From IMG/VR virus record IMGVR_UViG_3300012665_001024, positions 1 to 29,944 of that record: a stretch of DNA of 29,944 bases; one strand, written 5' to 3'. This stretch comes from a virus (taxonomy: Duplodnaviria > Caudoviricetes). The notes beneath the pieces were generated by a model that was not told the origin of the DNA, searched no databases, and saw only the letters and a list, made by a program, of their open reading frames with translations. Below are positions 15,939 through 24,097 of this stretch, one piece after another; position 1 is the stretch's first letter, and each line of letters begins with the position of its first letter. The translations under genes were made by a program, and so were the position numbers.

Positions 15939-16615
15939 GACTGATTTCCTATATCCTGTTTTGCCGCTAATGCTCTGCGTTTCTTTCTAAGTTCTTCTTG
16001 ACGTTTTAATTCTTCTGGATCAAGTTCTGGATTGCCTTTATCTGTTAATGAACTAACAAACTTTTTAACATCGCCGTATTTTGAACTGATATAATTTTTA
16101 ACATTGTCAGGAGCATTTTGTATTTTTGCCATAATCTTAGAAGGATCCATAGTCCATGATCTATCTTTGCCTAAATACTTTTCAACACTTGCTGGCATGC
16201 CTGCATAAACTTGTGCAAAATTATCACCTGCGTATTTGTATTTACCGCCCTGTAAACCATTAACAAATGCATCAGGGTCTGAACCAGCACCAACTACATT
16301 TGGATATTTTCTTGCTAACAGGCTTGCGTAATCTTTAGCTGAATCACTAGTAGACGCATATTGTCTATAAGCATCTGTTTTTCCAGTTTGATTGTCAACT
16401 GCTTTAACACCTTTGCCACTGAAATCCATAATGTTGCCTAAATTATTTGTACCAGGAATAACACTCTTACCCCAACCAGTTTCTAACGCCCAGTGACCTA
16501 AAATCAACTTTGGATCTACTCCAAGTTGGTCCCCCACTTCTTTAGCAGTGTCATAATGTTGATTAACAAACGCCGCTTGTGGATCATTAGCTTCTAATAA
16601 TTCAGTTATACGCAT
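15935..16615 (-). CDS. GH73/FlgJ-like glucosaminidase-muramidase, probably virion-associated
   Basis: ILGHWALETGWG (catalytic Glu), NNLGNI, YRQYAS, YKYAGD (cf. YATD). N-terminus MRITELLEA. Confidence 0.85.
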   Translation of the reverse strand: MRITELLEANDPQAAFVNQHYDTAKEVGDQLGVDPKLILGHWALETGWGKSVIPGTNNLGNIMDFSGKGVKAVDNQTGKTDAYRQYASTSDSAKDYASLLARKYPNVVGAGSDPDAFVNGLQGGKYKYAGDNFAQVYAGMPASVEKYLGKDRSWTMDPSKIMAKIQNAPDNVKNYISSKYGDVKKFVSSLTDKGNPELDPEELKRQEELRKKRRALAAKQDIGNQS

Positions 16616-16616
16616 T

Positions 16617-16904
16617 TTATTTCCCTACAGGTTTTTCGCCAGTCATATAAGGCAAACTAAACCACAATTGGAACCACTCAGGTGTTCCTGGTTTAATATT
16701 ATGTTGCTTCATTAACTGGCCTTTTTCATTGCCTGTTCCACTTATATTACTACCTTCTAAACCTTTATACTCTTTTAAATGTCTATTAAGTCCTGCTAAA
16801 TGTTGTATTGCTTTTAATTCATGTATAGGATCACTACTGTCAAGATAACAATCTTCATCTGTATCTTGATTTAAATTTTCTGTAGTAATCTTATACTGTT
16901 TCAT
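16617..16904 (-). CDS. Hypothetical protein
   Basis: 95 aa; IKPGTPEWFQLWFSLPYMTG. Confidence 0.8.
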   Translation of the reverse strand: MKQYKITTENLNQDTDEDCYLDSSDPIHELKAIQHLAGLNRHLKEYKGLEGSNISGTGNEKGQLMKQHNIKPGTPEWFQLWFSLPYMTGEKPVGK

Positions 16905-17335
16905 TTTAATGTGCTTCTCAACATCCAGCTGTGTTTCTTATGTGCATCTTGACGATCTGCTAAAAAATTACTTAGACCATGATCGCCAGCTTCTTCAGCC
17001 ATAGCAAATGTTATTTTAAAAATGTTAGCCATCTTTTCACTGTCTTCTAATAGTTGACCAACCATAGCACCTTGTTCAAGTATTTCATTTTCATCTTCAA
17101 CTACAGTTAACATACTAAATTTTTGTAAACTAGCAGGTGTATACATTTGTAATGCACGTAATTGTTCTGCAAACGTGTCAATACTTCCATATACTTCTGT
17201 ATAAATTTTTTCAAATAGATCATGTAGTTGCGGGAATAACGAACCTTCTACGTTCCAATGAAAATTTTGTGCTTTGATCGCAAATGCATATTCACTTGCA
17301 AATGCTGTTTTAAGAGCTAATTGATACTTGTCCAT
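16901..17335 (-). CDS. dps: Dps family ferritin-like protein
   Basis: NFHWNVEGSLFPQLHDLFEKIY, IDTFAEQLRAL and HKKHSWML ferroxidase signatures. Confidence 0.93.
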   Translation of the reverse strand: MDKYQLALKTAFASEYAFAIKAQNFHWNVEGSLFPQLHDLFEKIYTEVYGSIDTFAEQLRALQMYTPASLQKFSMLTVVEDENEILEQGAMVGQLLEDSEKMANIFKITFAMAEEAGDHGLSNFLADRQDAHKKHSWMLRSTLK

Positions 17336-17336
17336 C

Positions 17337-18788
17337 TTATTTGCCTTTACCCATATTATATACTTTGCCGTCTGGTCCTTGCATACCTAAATGCATACTA
17401 GGATATTTGGCGTGTAATGCATTGATTACTTTTTGTGCGGCATTCATACCTTCTTGTCTAGGCTGCGCCTTAGTATGTTCCCATTTACCATTCTTGGCAA
17501 TCACAACAAAATACATTCCGCGATCTTCGTCGCCAAGTTCGTGTTCCATTTCGTCACGTTTGAAATTGCGCTTTTGTTGGTCCATTTGACCTTGTTGGTA
17601 ACGGTCATAATCAGTTGCGCTCATTGTATCTGGGTTGCGTGATACTTCTGTCATTCTTGATTCTTTTACATCTGGTTCAGCCACAGGGTTTAAACTGTCA
17701 ATGTGCATCTGCTTAACTTTATTAAAAAGTGGATGATCTGATTTTAGTTGTTCACCTTTATGGAAATAATCAAAGTCTTGATTAGGATCCATGCTAGGTC
17801 TTGCTGATATATTTGGTGATAGTTGATAATTTTTTGGTTTTAGGGTAACGGTTGATTGATAGTTTCCTGGCTTACTAGTATCGGCAATTGTGTTAACTTC
17901 TTGATCATAGTGCATTCCATTTCCTGGTTTATCTTGGAAATTATCGCCGTATTTTTTTCTAAGTAAATCCATAGTAGCTCTTTGTCGAGCACCATCCACT
18001 GACATTTGCATATCTTTACTAGACCAGGTTCCAACTTGTTCGTTTACTCCAAGTTCACCATTTTGATGTTGACTCAAAATATAATCAAAAGCTGTTACTA
18101 TATTTTCTTTAGCAATCGTTATTTTGCTTTGCACCCACTCTGGAAGATTCTCGCCATCAATTAAATTTTCTTCCATTTCTCTAGCACAACGCTGAATAGT
18201 TTGTAATTGATTTTCTGCCATGCCTACTTCATCATCATATTCGCGACTGTCTTCATTTTTAACTACTTTCATTGACTGTTGATTTTTTGCGGCAGTGTCA
18301 TTATCAAATGGTCTCAAATCTTTTGGTAGTGCGTTAGCTAGTGTGTCGCCTACTTTAGTTGCTACAGTTGAAATTGTATCACCAATGCCTTCAGTTTGTT
18401 TTTGCAAGTGGCTATATGAACTCACAAAGTCACTAGGAAAATCTTCGTCGTATCCAAATAATCCTTGAGCTTGCTTCTTGCCTAAGTCTAAAACAGCAAT
18501 TTTGAATCCTGCACTTAATAATTCTTCTGCACGACCAGATGTACTAATATTTGGATTTTCATCAAATACTTTTTGTGCCAATTGTTCGTTATAGTACGCA
18601 CCAAACTCTGCACCTTCAGCTACTTGTGCTTTGTGTTTTACATCGCCCTGCTTCTGTGCTTTCTTTTTATCTTTGTGTGCGCCAGCACCGCTTTGTATTG
18701 CATTCTTGGCAACAAAGTTACGTGGCTTGACTGTTGTTTTAACAGCACGTACACCTTTTTTGTGTTCAATTATTTGTGTAATTTTCAT
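17337..18788 (-). CDS. Modular putative internal head (poly)protein
   Basis: N-terminus MKITQIIEH. Segments are separated by x-x-E-[GDQSV] sites. Contains an EVGMAENQL...LPEWVQSKIT module. Confidence 0.75.
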   Translation of the reverse strand: MKITQIIEHKKGVRAVKTTVKPRNFVAKNAIQSGAGAHKDKKKAQKQGDVKHKAQVAEGAEFGAYYNEQLAQKVFDENPNISTSGRAEELLSAGFKIAVLDLGKKQAQGLFGYDEDFPSDFVSSYSHLQKQTEGIGDTISTVATKVGDTLANALPKDLRPFDNDTAAKNQQSMKVVKNEDSREYDDEVGMAENQLQTIQRCAREMEENLIDGENLPEWVQSKITIAKENIVTAFDYILSQHQNGELGVNEQVGTWSSKDMQMSVDGARQRATMDLLRKKYGDNFQDKPGNGMHYDQEVNTIADTSKPGNYQSTVTLKPKNYQLSPNISARPSMDPNQDFDYFHKGEQLKSDHPLFNKVKQMHIDSLNPVAEPDVKESRMTEVSRNPDTMSATDYDRYQQGQMDQQKRNFKRDEMEHELGDEDRGMYFVVIAKNGKWEHTKAQPRQEGMNAAQKVINALHAKYPSMHLGMQGPDGKVYNMGKGK

Positions 18789-20701
18789 AGTTGTGGCTCT
18801 CTTTCTGGAACTGCTTGCTCAGGTGCTTTGCCTGGAATCTTTTTTGTTGCAGGTTGTCTTTGTACTTGTGACTGTTGTGCAACTGGTTGCACTTTTGCTG
18901 GGGCTTGTGTTTGTTGCTGTGTAGAATCTTCAATACCCATGCCTTGTCTAACTGCTTGATATAATGTTTTACCGTTTACAATAACATCATTACCAACTCC
19001 AGTGAATTGTTGGAACTGTTGTTCATTTCCTGCCTCTGCGGCAGCTCTAGCTTTAGTTCCGCTAAAGCCTTCAATACCTGTTGCATCTGGATCACGGTCG
19101 CCTGCACTAATGTATTGCATGACAACGTGTTCACGTGCGCCAGCTGGATCAGTACTACGAATAGGACCACTGTTCCAACCGTTTAATAATTTTTCAATAC
19201 TGCCTTTTTCTTTACCTAGTCTATCGCTACCTGCAATGAATGCCATATTGCGATAACCTTTACTGTATAACCAGTTAGCCGCATAAATTGGGCCTTGTAC
19301 ATAATCTCTAACTATATGACTTGCAACTTCTGGATACATTTGTGCAATAAACTTTGCTTTTGTATCTGGGTCTAACGGATCATCAGTGCCTACACTGTTG
19401 CTCAAGAACACAAATGCATTCTCACCACCAGTTTCAAGAGTTTTGTTCATCACTAGACCGTGTCCCATTGTAGGAGGATTCATACGGCCAAAACAAAACG
19501 TTGCTAAAGGCATTTGACTCTTCTGTGCAATTTCTTCTTCTGGAACACGATGTTTAGCAAAGTTAGCACGGCTAAATCCTAAACGATCGATTAGTTTGAG
19601 TTTGTCTTTTCCAGAACCAAATACATAACCTTCGTGTGCATTAACGCCGTCTGTGATAGCAATAATCTCACTACCTTGTTGTTGTGTATCTATTTGTTGT
19701 TTAATGTGTGTTTTCAATTCAGTAATTGCGGCCCACATACTCCAGACACCTAGTAGACCAGGGCCACCACCATTTTCTTGATATAGCCAACCGTCTTTGT
19801 TTGCGCCTAAAAATTTTGTTTGAGCAGTTTCATTTAAACGCTCTTTTAAGAAATCTAAAAAACGAGGAACGATATTTCCTGAAATATCATCTTCTTCAAG
19901 CATACGAGTAATAAACGGCCCCATGGCAGTGATAACTGATTTGCCTTTCATTGCAGTTAATTCAGCAATGAATTGGTCTACTGCTTTTTTATGAGTATCA
20001 ATTATTTGTTTTGTAGAAGCAAACATTTCTGCATTGACAGCAACACGGGGTTTGTCTCTCATCTCACCAACAAGGAAAGTTATACCTGCGTTATCTGATA
20101 ATCCTTTAAGACCAACTAACGGCTGGTCTGATTTACCTAATCCAGGAATATATGTGTGTACAGCAATACCGCCAACGCTACGTGCAATGTTGTCACTTAA
20201 TGTATTGCCACGACCTGGTGTAGCATCAATTTTAACACGATACTCAACAGTGTTAGGTTTGAATACAAAATACCCGTCTTCTGTTTTAGGAGTACCAGTC
20301 CACATCAAGTCACCCATCCAAAATTGGTCACGAACTTGTGGAACAATTTTATCTAATGCAGGACGTAATACACTTTCTTTTTCCCATAGATCACTTCTAT
20401 TTGCATCACGTGACACATCATAGTCTTTAATAGACATGAACTCTAATTTTCCATTAACAACTTTATCATACATGTGCTTGTCCATAAGCACCAAGTTGCC
20501 CACGTCATCACGACCAAATACAACTGCTGGGAAACCGTCCCATTTAACCGTAACAGTACTTGGGTCTTTTTCTAAACTTGCTAAATCGTTTAAAACTCTT
20601 TCAGCACCTGCACTACCTTGCGAGATAATAAGGTCTTCTGGATGGTCAATGCCTTCCATAATTGCTTTGCGAGATGGTGTAAAAAGTTCTATCAAATACA
20701 T
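18785..20701 (-). CDS. Fusion of a ligase-like covalent nucleotidyltransferase domain (DUF6267-like) and a HIGH-superfamily cytidylyl/adenylyltransferase
   Basis: N-terminal TVKWDG (motif I KxDG), MGDLM (III), HEGYV (IV), KLKLIDR (V). C-terminal FGRMNPPTMGH, AGSDR, SGTKAR. N-terminus MYLIELF. TAAATA at 20714-20709. Confidence 0.8.
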   Translation of the reverse strand: MYLIELFTPSRKAIMEGIDHPEDLIISQGSAGAERVLNDLASLEKDPSTVTVKWDGFPAVVFGRDDVGNLVLMDKHMYDKVVNGKLEFMSIKDYDVSRDANRSDLWEKESVLRPALDKIVPQVRDQFWMGDLMWTGTPKTEDGYFVFKPNTVEYRVKIDATPGRGNTLSDNIARSVGGIAVHTYIPGLGKSDQPLVGLKGLSDNAGITFLVGEMRDKPRVAVNAEMFASTKQIIDTHKKAVDQFIAELTAMKGKSVITAMGPFITRMLEEDDISGNIVPRFLDFLKERLNETAQTKFLGANKDGWLYQENGGGPGLLGVWSMWAAITELKTHIKQQIDTQQQGSEIIAITDGVNAHEGYVFGSGKDKLKLIDRLGFSRANFAKHRVPEEEIAQKSQMPLATFCFGRMNPPTMGHGLVMNKTLETGGENAFVFLSNSVGTDDPLDPDTKAKFIAQMYPEVASHIVRDYVQGPIYAANWLYSKGYRNMAFIAGSDRLGKEKGSIEKLLNGWNSGPIRSTDPAGAREHVVMQYISAGDRDPDATGIEGFSGTKARAAAEAGNEQQFQQFTGVGNDVIVNGKTLYQAVRQGMGIEDSTQQQTQAPAKVQPVAQQSQVQRQPATKKIPGKAPEQAVPEREPQL

Positions 20702-20711
20702 AATGTTATAT

Positions 20712-21551
20712 TTATTGTGTTTGCTGTTGGGGAAGTTGTGCTAACTTCTGCGGTTGTTTTGCTAGTGCGGCACGTATTCCACTCATACTTGCTAAATCTC
20801 TTGCGGTTGCTTGTGGCCCTAACAGTATTTTAGCAATATCGTCTTTGTTAATAGCAATAACTTTGTTAGTATCTCTGTCAACAAGTCCTCTGTCTGGACT
20901 AAACTGTAAATTACCTTTTTCTTCACCGGTCTTTGGGTCAACAAAAGTTTTTTGGCTAGCAAGTTTGGCTAGTACAGGATACATTTGTGTCCATAAGTCC
21001 CCGCCACGCATTGCGGTATCTTTGGCAAAATCGTGTGTATGTAGTTCCCAAGCGTTTCTTGGACGTAATAATAAATCAACTGAAAATGTTTTCCCACCTG
21101 CGCTGTATTCTACAGTTAGTGTTCCAGGGTCAGTATTAAATCCACTGTTGGTCATATAGTTGGCCAACGCCCACTTACTTGCACTCATCTCTATTTTTGC
21201 TTTTTTAGCAGGGTCAGCCAAGGCATTTGCCATTGCTTTTGGACCAATTGGTTTAGAACTTGCAGTATTGTATGCTTCTACATCTGGTGGAAAGCGTTGT
21301 GTAAGATTAGTTGGATCAATCATAATATCAATGTCGCCACTGTCTTCTCTCCCACCGCCACCATATGGATGTTCTGGGTCAAAACTTCCAGCACCGCCAG
21401 CAGTCCAGCCACCCACAATGCCTGCCTTCTTCAATATAGGATCAAGAGCAGCCTTAGCAGTTAAGAAATCTTCTTTATTAACTCTAGACACTTCAATGCC
21501 TTGACTAGCAAGTCGTTTACCTGCTTCAAATAATAAATCTTGTATACGCAT
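20712..21551 (-). CDS. Minimal pol-beta/PolX-superfamily nucleotidyltransferase with capsid-targeting-like tag
   Basis: AGSF...SGDIDIMI, third Asp in FSVDLL, thumb-like FSPDRGL...DDIAKILLG. N-terminus MRIQDLLFEAG. Confidence 0.75.
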   Translation of the reverse strand: MRIQDLLFEAGKRLASQGIEVSRVNKEDFLTAKAALDPILKKAGIVGGWTAGGAGSFDPEHPYGGGGREDSGDIDIMIDPTNLTQRFPPDVEAYNTASSKPIGPKAMANALADPAKKAKIEMSASKWALANYMTNSGFNTDPGTLTVEYSAGGKTFSVDLLLRPRNAWELHTHDFAKDTAMRGGDLWTQMYPVLAKLASQKTFVDPKTGEEKGNLQFSPDRGLVDRDTNKVIAINKDDIAKILLGPQATARDLASMSGIRAALAKQPQKLAQLPQQQTQ

Positions 21552-22564
21552 TAAAATAACCCCTTGACCATGTCTAACCCATTTTGTATTTTTTCACGAT
21601 CAGCGTTTGCACGAGCAATTGCTTCTGGTGTGGTTGCTTTATCACGCTTCTTGCCTGCAATATCAATTTGAGCTTTTTCTTCGTAACGTGCCAAAAACTT
21701 TGTTAAAAAATCGTTTGCATTTGAGTAGTTAGCAAAGTCACCTTTACCAAACATGTCATTCATCTCAACACTATACGCAAACCCTTTAACTGCATTAACT
21801 AAATTGGAAATTTTAACATTACTGGTATCGTTTCCAGGAAATTGTTGTAACAATTGATCTACTTGTGGTTGCGGTACACCTAATTGTTTTGCTTCATACA
21901 CAAAGATATCATATACAAATGTCTTTGGATTGATTGATATTGTAACTACTTGCGCACCTTTTTGTTTACTAAACGGTACGTGCTGATTGTCTACTACTTT
22001 CAATTGAACACCAGCATGTTGTATGCTCATGTCTAATAATTCACCTAAGACACTAAACATATTACCCATTAACAACCCTTTAACGCCACGTTCAGGAGTA
22101 ACACGTGCCGCACCCCACTCTGCAAGTTCTCCCGGATGCCACATAAAGTCAACTTGAACATATTGATCTCTGCCAACTTGTATAATAGGATGACCTGGTT
22201 TACTTTCAGTAGTATCTATATAATTTACTTTGCCACTCTTAGCAAACTTATCTGCTAAGTCATTCCAATAAGTTGTAAACTGTGCGTTAGTTGTACCTTG
22301 TTTAATTGGCGCAATCATTTGCAAATCAATGTCGCCATATATATTGTCTGGATTTTCTATTTCGTCTTCTTCGTAATAAGCAGTACTGCCTGTTGGCTTT
22401 CCACGTTGTATTGCAGGAATCCCTTGTGGACTTGTGTAATTATTGAAATCTTTAACAAATTGATCTACGACACCAAGAGCCGCACGTACTACTGCTGGTT
22501 TTAATTCTGTACTTTGCGTTTTGGTAGTGTCCCAACCACCTTCAAATAGTTCAATCAGTTTCAT
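21551..22564 (-). CDS. Second pol-beta/PolX-superfamily nucleotidyltransferase with capsid-targeting-like tag
   Basis: PTGST...YGDIDLQM, third Asp in YVQVDFM. N-terminus MKLIELFEGG. Confidence 0.72.
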   Translation of the reverse strand: MKLIELFEGGWDTTKTQSTELKPAVVRAALGVVDQFVKDFNNYTSPQGIPAIQRGKPTGSTAYYEEDEIENPDNIYGDIDLQMIAPIKQGTTNAQFTTYWNDLADKFAKSGKVNYIDTTESKPGHPIIQVGRDQYVQVDFMWHPGELAEWGAARVTPERGVKGLLMGNMFSVLGELLDMSIQHAGVQLKVVDNQHVPFSKQKGAQVVTISINPKTFVYDIFVYEAKQLGVPQPQVDQLLQQFPGNDTSNVKISNLVNAVKGFAYSVEMNDMFGKGDFANYSNANDFLTKFLARYEEKAQIDIAGKKRDKATTPEAIARANADREKIQNGLDMVKGLF

Positions 22565-22907
22565 TCTCTTTGAAACTTTCTTGGTTAATTTGTGCTAGTT
22601 GTTTACAAACTTTGACTCGTAGCTTATATGGAAAATGGGTATTTGGGTCACCTTCCATTTTCTCTTTCTTATAGAACCCCATACAGCATTTGTCGACTAA
22701 ATCTTCATATTTCTTGTATGCGTTCTTTTTGTCGTAAGTTTTCTTTTTGTGTTCTTTTGCAACTTCGTCGACAATTGGGAGCATCAGCTTTTTATAAACA
22801 TCGTCATCGTCTAATATAAACGCCATCAAGTCTTTGGCCAACTCTTCGTTGGTTTCTTCTTCTTTATCTGGAGCTGTATTATGACTGAAAAATTCTCTTA
22901 ATAGCAT
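22551..22907 (-). CDS. Hypothetical protein, possible head protein
   Basis: N-terminus MLLREFF; acidic and helical. Confidence 0.75.
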   Translation of the reverse strand: MLLREFFSHNTAPDKEEETNEELAKDLMAFILDDDDVYKKLMLPIVDEVAKEHKKKTYDKKNAYKKYEDLVDKCCMGFYKKEKMEGDPNTHFPYKLRVKVCKQLAQINQESFKENETD

Positions 22908-22946
22908 ATTATTAACCTATTTGATTTCAACTGAGGCGCAAAAGAT

Positions 22947-22974
22947 TACACGACAGTATCCTATCGTGTATTTA
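22947..22974 (-). promoter_or_regulatory. TAAATA late-type promoter overlapping a 10-bp hairpin
   Basis: TAAATA at 22974-22969. Minus-strand hairpin TACACGATAG-GATA-CTGTCGTGTA (one U-G pair), followed by ATCTTTT. Confidence 0.55.
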
Positions 22975-22997
22975 TTTGTATCGTAACGTAGCGTGAA

Positions 22998-23387
22998 TTA
23001 GTGATTGTACAAAATTCCAGCAAGATTACCGCGAGAAATGACAACTTTTGCCCTAATCCACACGTAGTTTCCCGTAAAATTGAAGAATTTTGTATCTCTA
23101 GGATTGTCGTTGAATGTAGCATACGTACTATCAACATCAAACCAATCTGCCTCAGTGGGCTCAGTAGCCAAAGTAGCCTGCATTATTACGCTCCCTATCA
23201 TTGTATTAGGGGAATAGGTTACAGTATGTAGTCCAGTGTGTCCTAGATAATATCCGTCACCTTTGGCTTTGTCACTATAATATGTGTATTCGCCAGTAAC
23301 TCGTCTACCTAAAGAAGGTTCATATGTAACTGAACCATTAGTTACTTGTCTAACTGTAAATTGTAATGTTTCGCTTAATTTTGGCAT
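22998..23387 (-). CDS. Beta-rich hypothetical (probably structural) protein
   Basis: KGDGYY...GLHTV, MQATLA.EP..ADWF, NFTGNYVWIRA. TAAATA at 23398-23393, 5 nt before the ATG. Confidence 0.75.
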   Translation of the reverse strand: MPKLSETLQFTVRQVTNGSVTYEPSLGRRVTGEYTYYSDKAKGDGYYLGHTGLHTVTYSPNTMIGSVIMQATLATEPTEADWFDVDSTYATFNDNPRDTKFFNFTGNYVWIRAKVVISRGNLAGILYNH

Positions 23388-23395
23388 AACTGTAT

Positions 23396-24097
23396 TTAAG
23401 CAATTTCTCTATCCAAAACAAACTCTTCAGCTTTGTTTAAATGCTCACCCATAAACATCAACGCCATACTGGCCATCTTCTGGTCTTTAGCATAGTAATA
23501 GTGACCATAAAAATAAGGATGTGTTGACCCATTTAGTATACGCTCAGTTCCTTGTGGAATATGAATTTTGCCATCATATTTCTTAGCCCAAGTTAAAAAT
23601 CTTTCCATAAAGTCTTTATTTGGACTATCGCCATTTTTAAAATGAATTTTAAATCGATAGTTTTCGTGTGGAAGCTCTTTACAAATTATCTTAGTTTTAT
23701 TTTCTGATAAGAACTTTGCCTGAATAGGGTCACTAGGCTTATACACTGCTGTTACATACGGTTCAAGACCTTTGATAATTAAATCAATGAGTACTGTGTC
23801 ATTAGTAAAAATTGCCGCTTTATCGCCTTCTGCCCTAACTTGATACTCTTTGCCTAGTAAAACTGATTCTAAGTATGCGCCAATCTCAAGCAGTTCTTTT
23901 TTGTTATCAAATACATTTTGTGACCAATGTCTAGACCCCCAAAATCCACTTCCCATAGGGGTAACTTCTTTAACATAATTCATACCTCTTCTATGTAGAT
24001 GGTTTATTCCGTTGCAAGTAATAACAACTTTATAAAGCCATCTTTTATAGAATAGTTTTGATGTGGTATTAATCTTCAGTTGTGGCATCTTCAACAA
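23396..24097 (-). CDS. Hypothetical protein
   Basis: 233-aa ORF with two KLF/LP..Y.[YF]K-like halves; no recognised family. Confidence 0.8.
   Translation of the reverse strand: MLKMPQLKINTTSKLFYKRWLYKVVITCNGINHLHRRGMNYVKEVTPMGSGFWGSRHWSQNVFDNKKELLEIGAYLESVLLGKEYQVRAEGDKAAIFTNDTVLIDLIIKGLEPYVTAVYKPSDPIQAKFLSENKTKIICKELPHENYRFKIHFKNGDSPNKDFMERFLTWAKKYDGKIHIPQGTERILNGSTHPYFYGHYYYAKDQKMASMALMFMGEHLNKAEEFVLDREIA

Noticed and set aside
1857-19170. Nested minus-strand alternative-frame ORFs (1857-2057, 3193-3471, 4714-4908, 5476-5730, 9732-9914, 10059-10268, 11208-11396, 17840-18034, 18976-19170)
   Set aside because: They are short out-of-frame ORFs within conserved enzymes, with no independent support.
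20712-22564. CBASS CD-NTase or toxin-antitoxin MNT assignment for the two NTases
   Set aside because: No effector, Cap or HEPN partner is adjacent. The PolX-like motifs and head-targeting-like tags point elsewhere.
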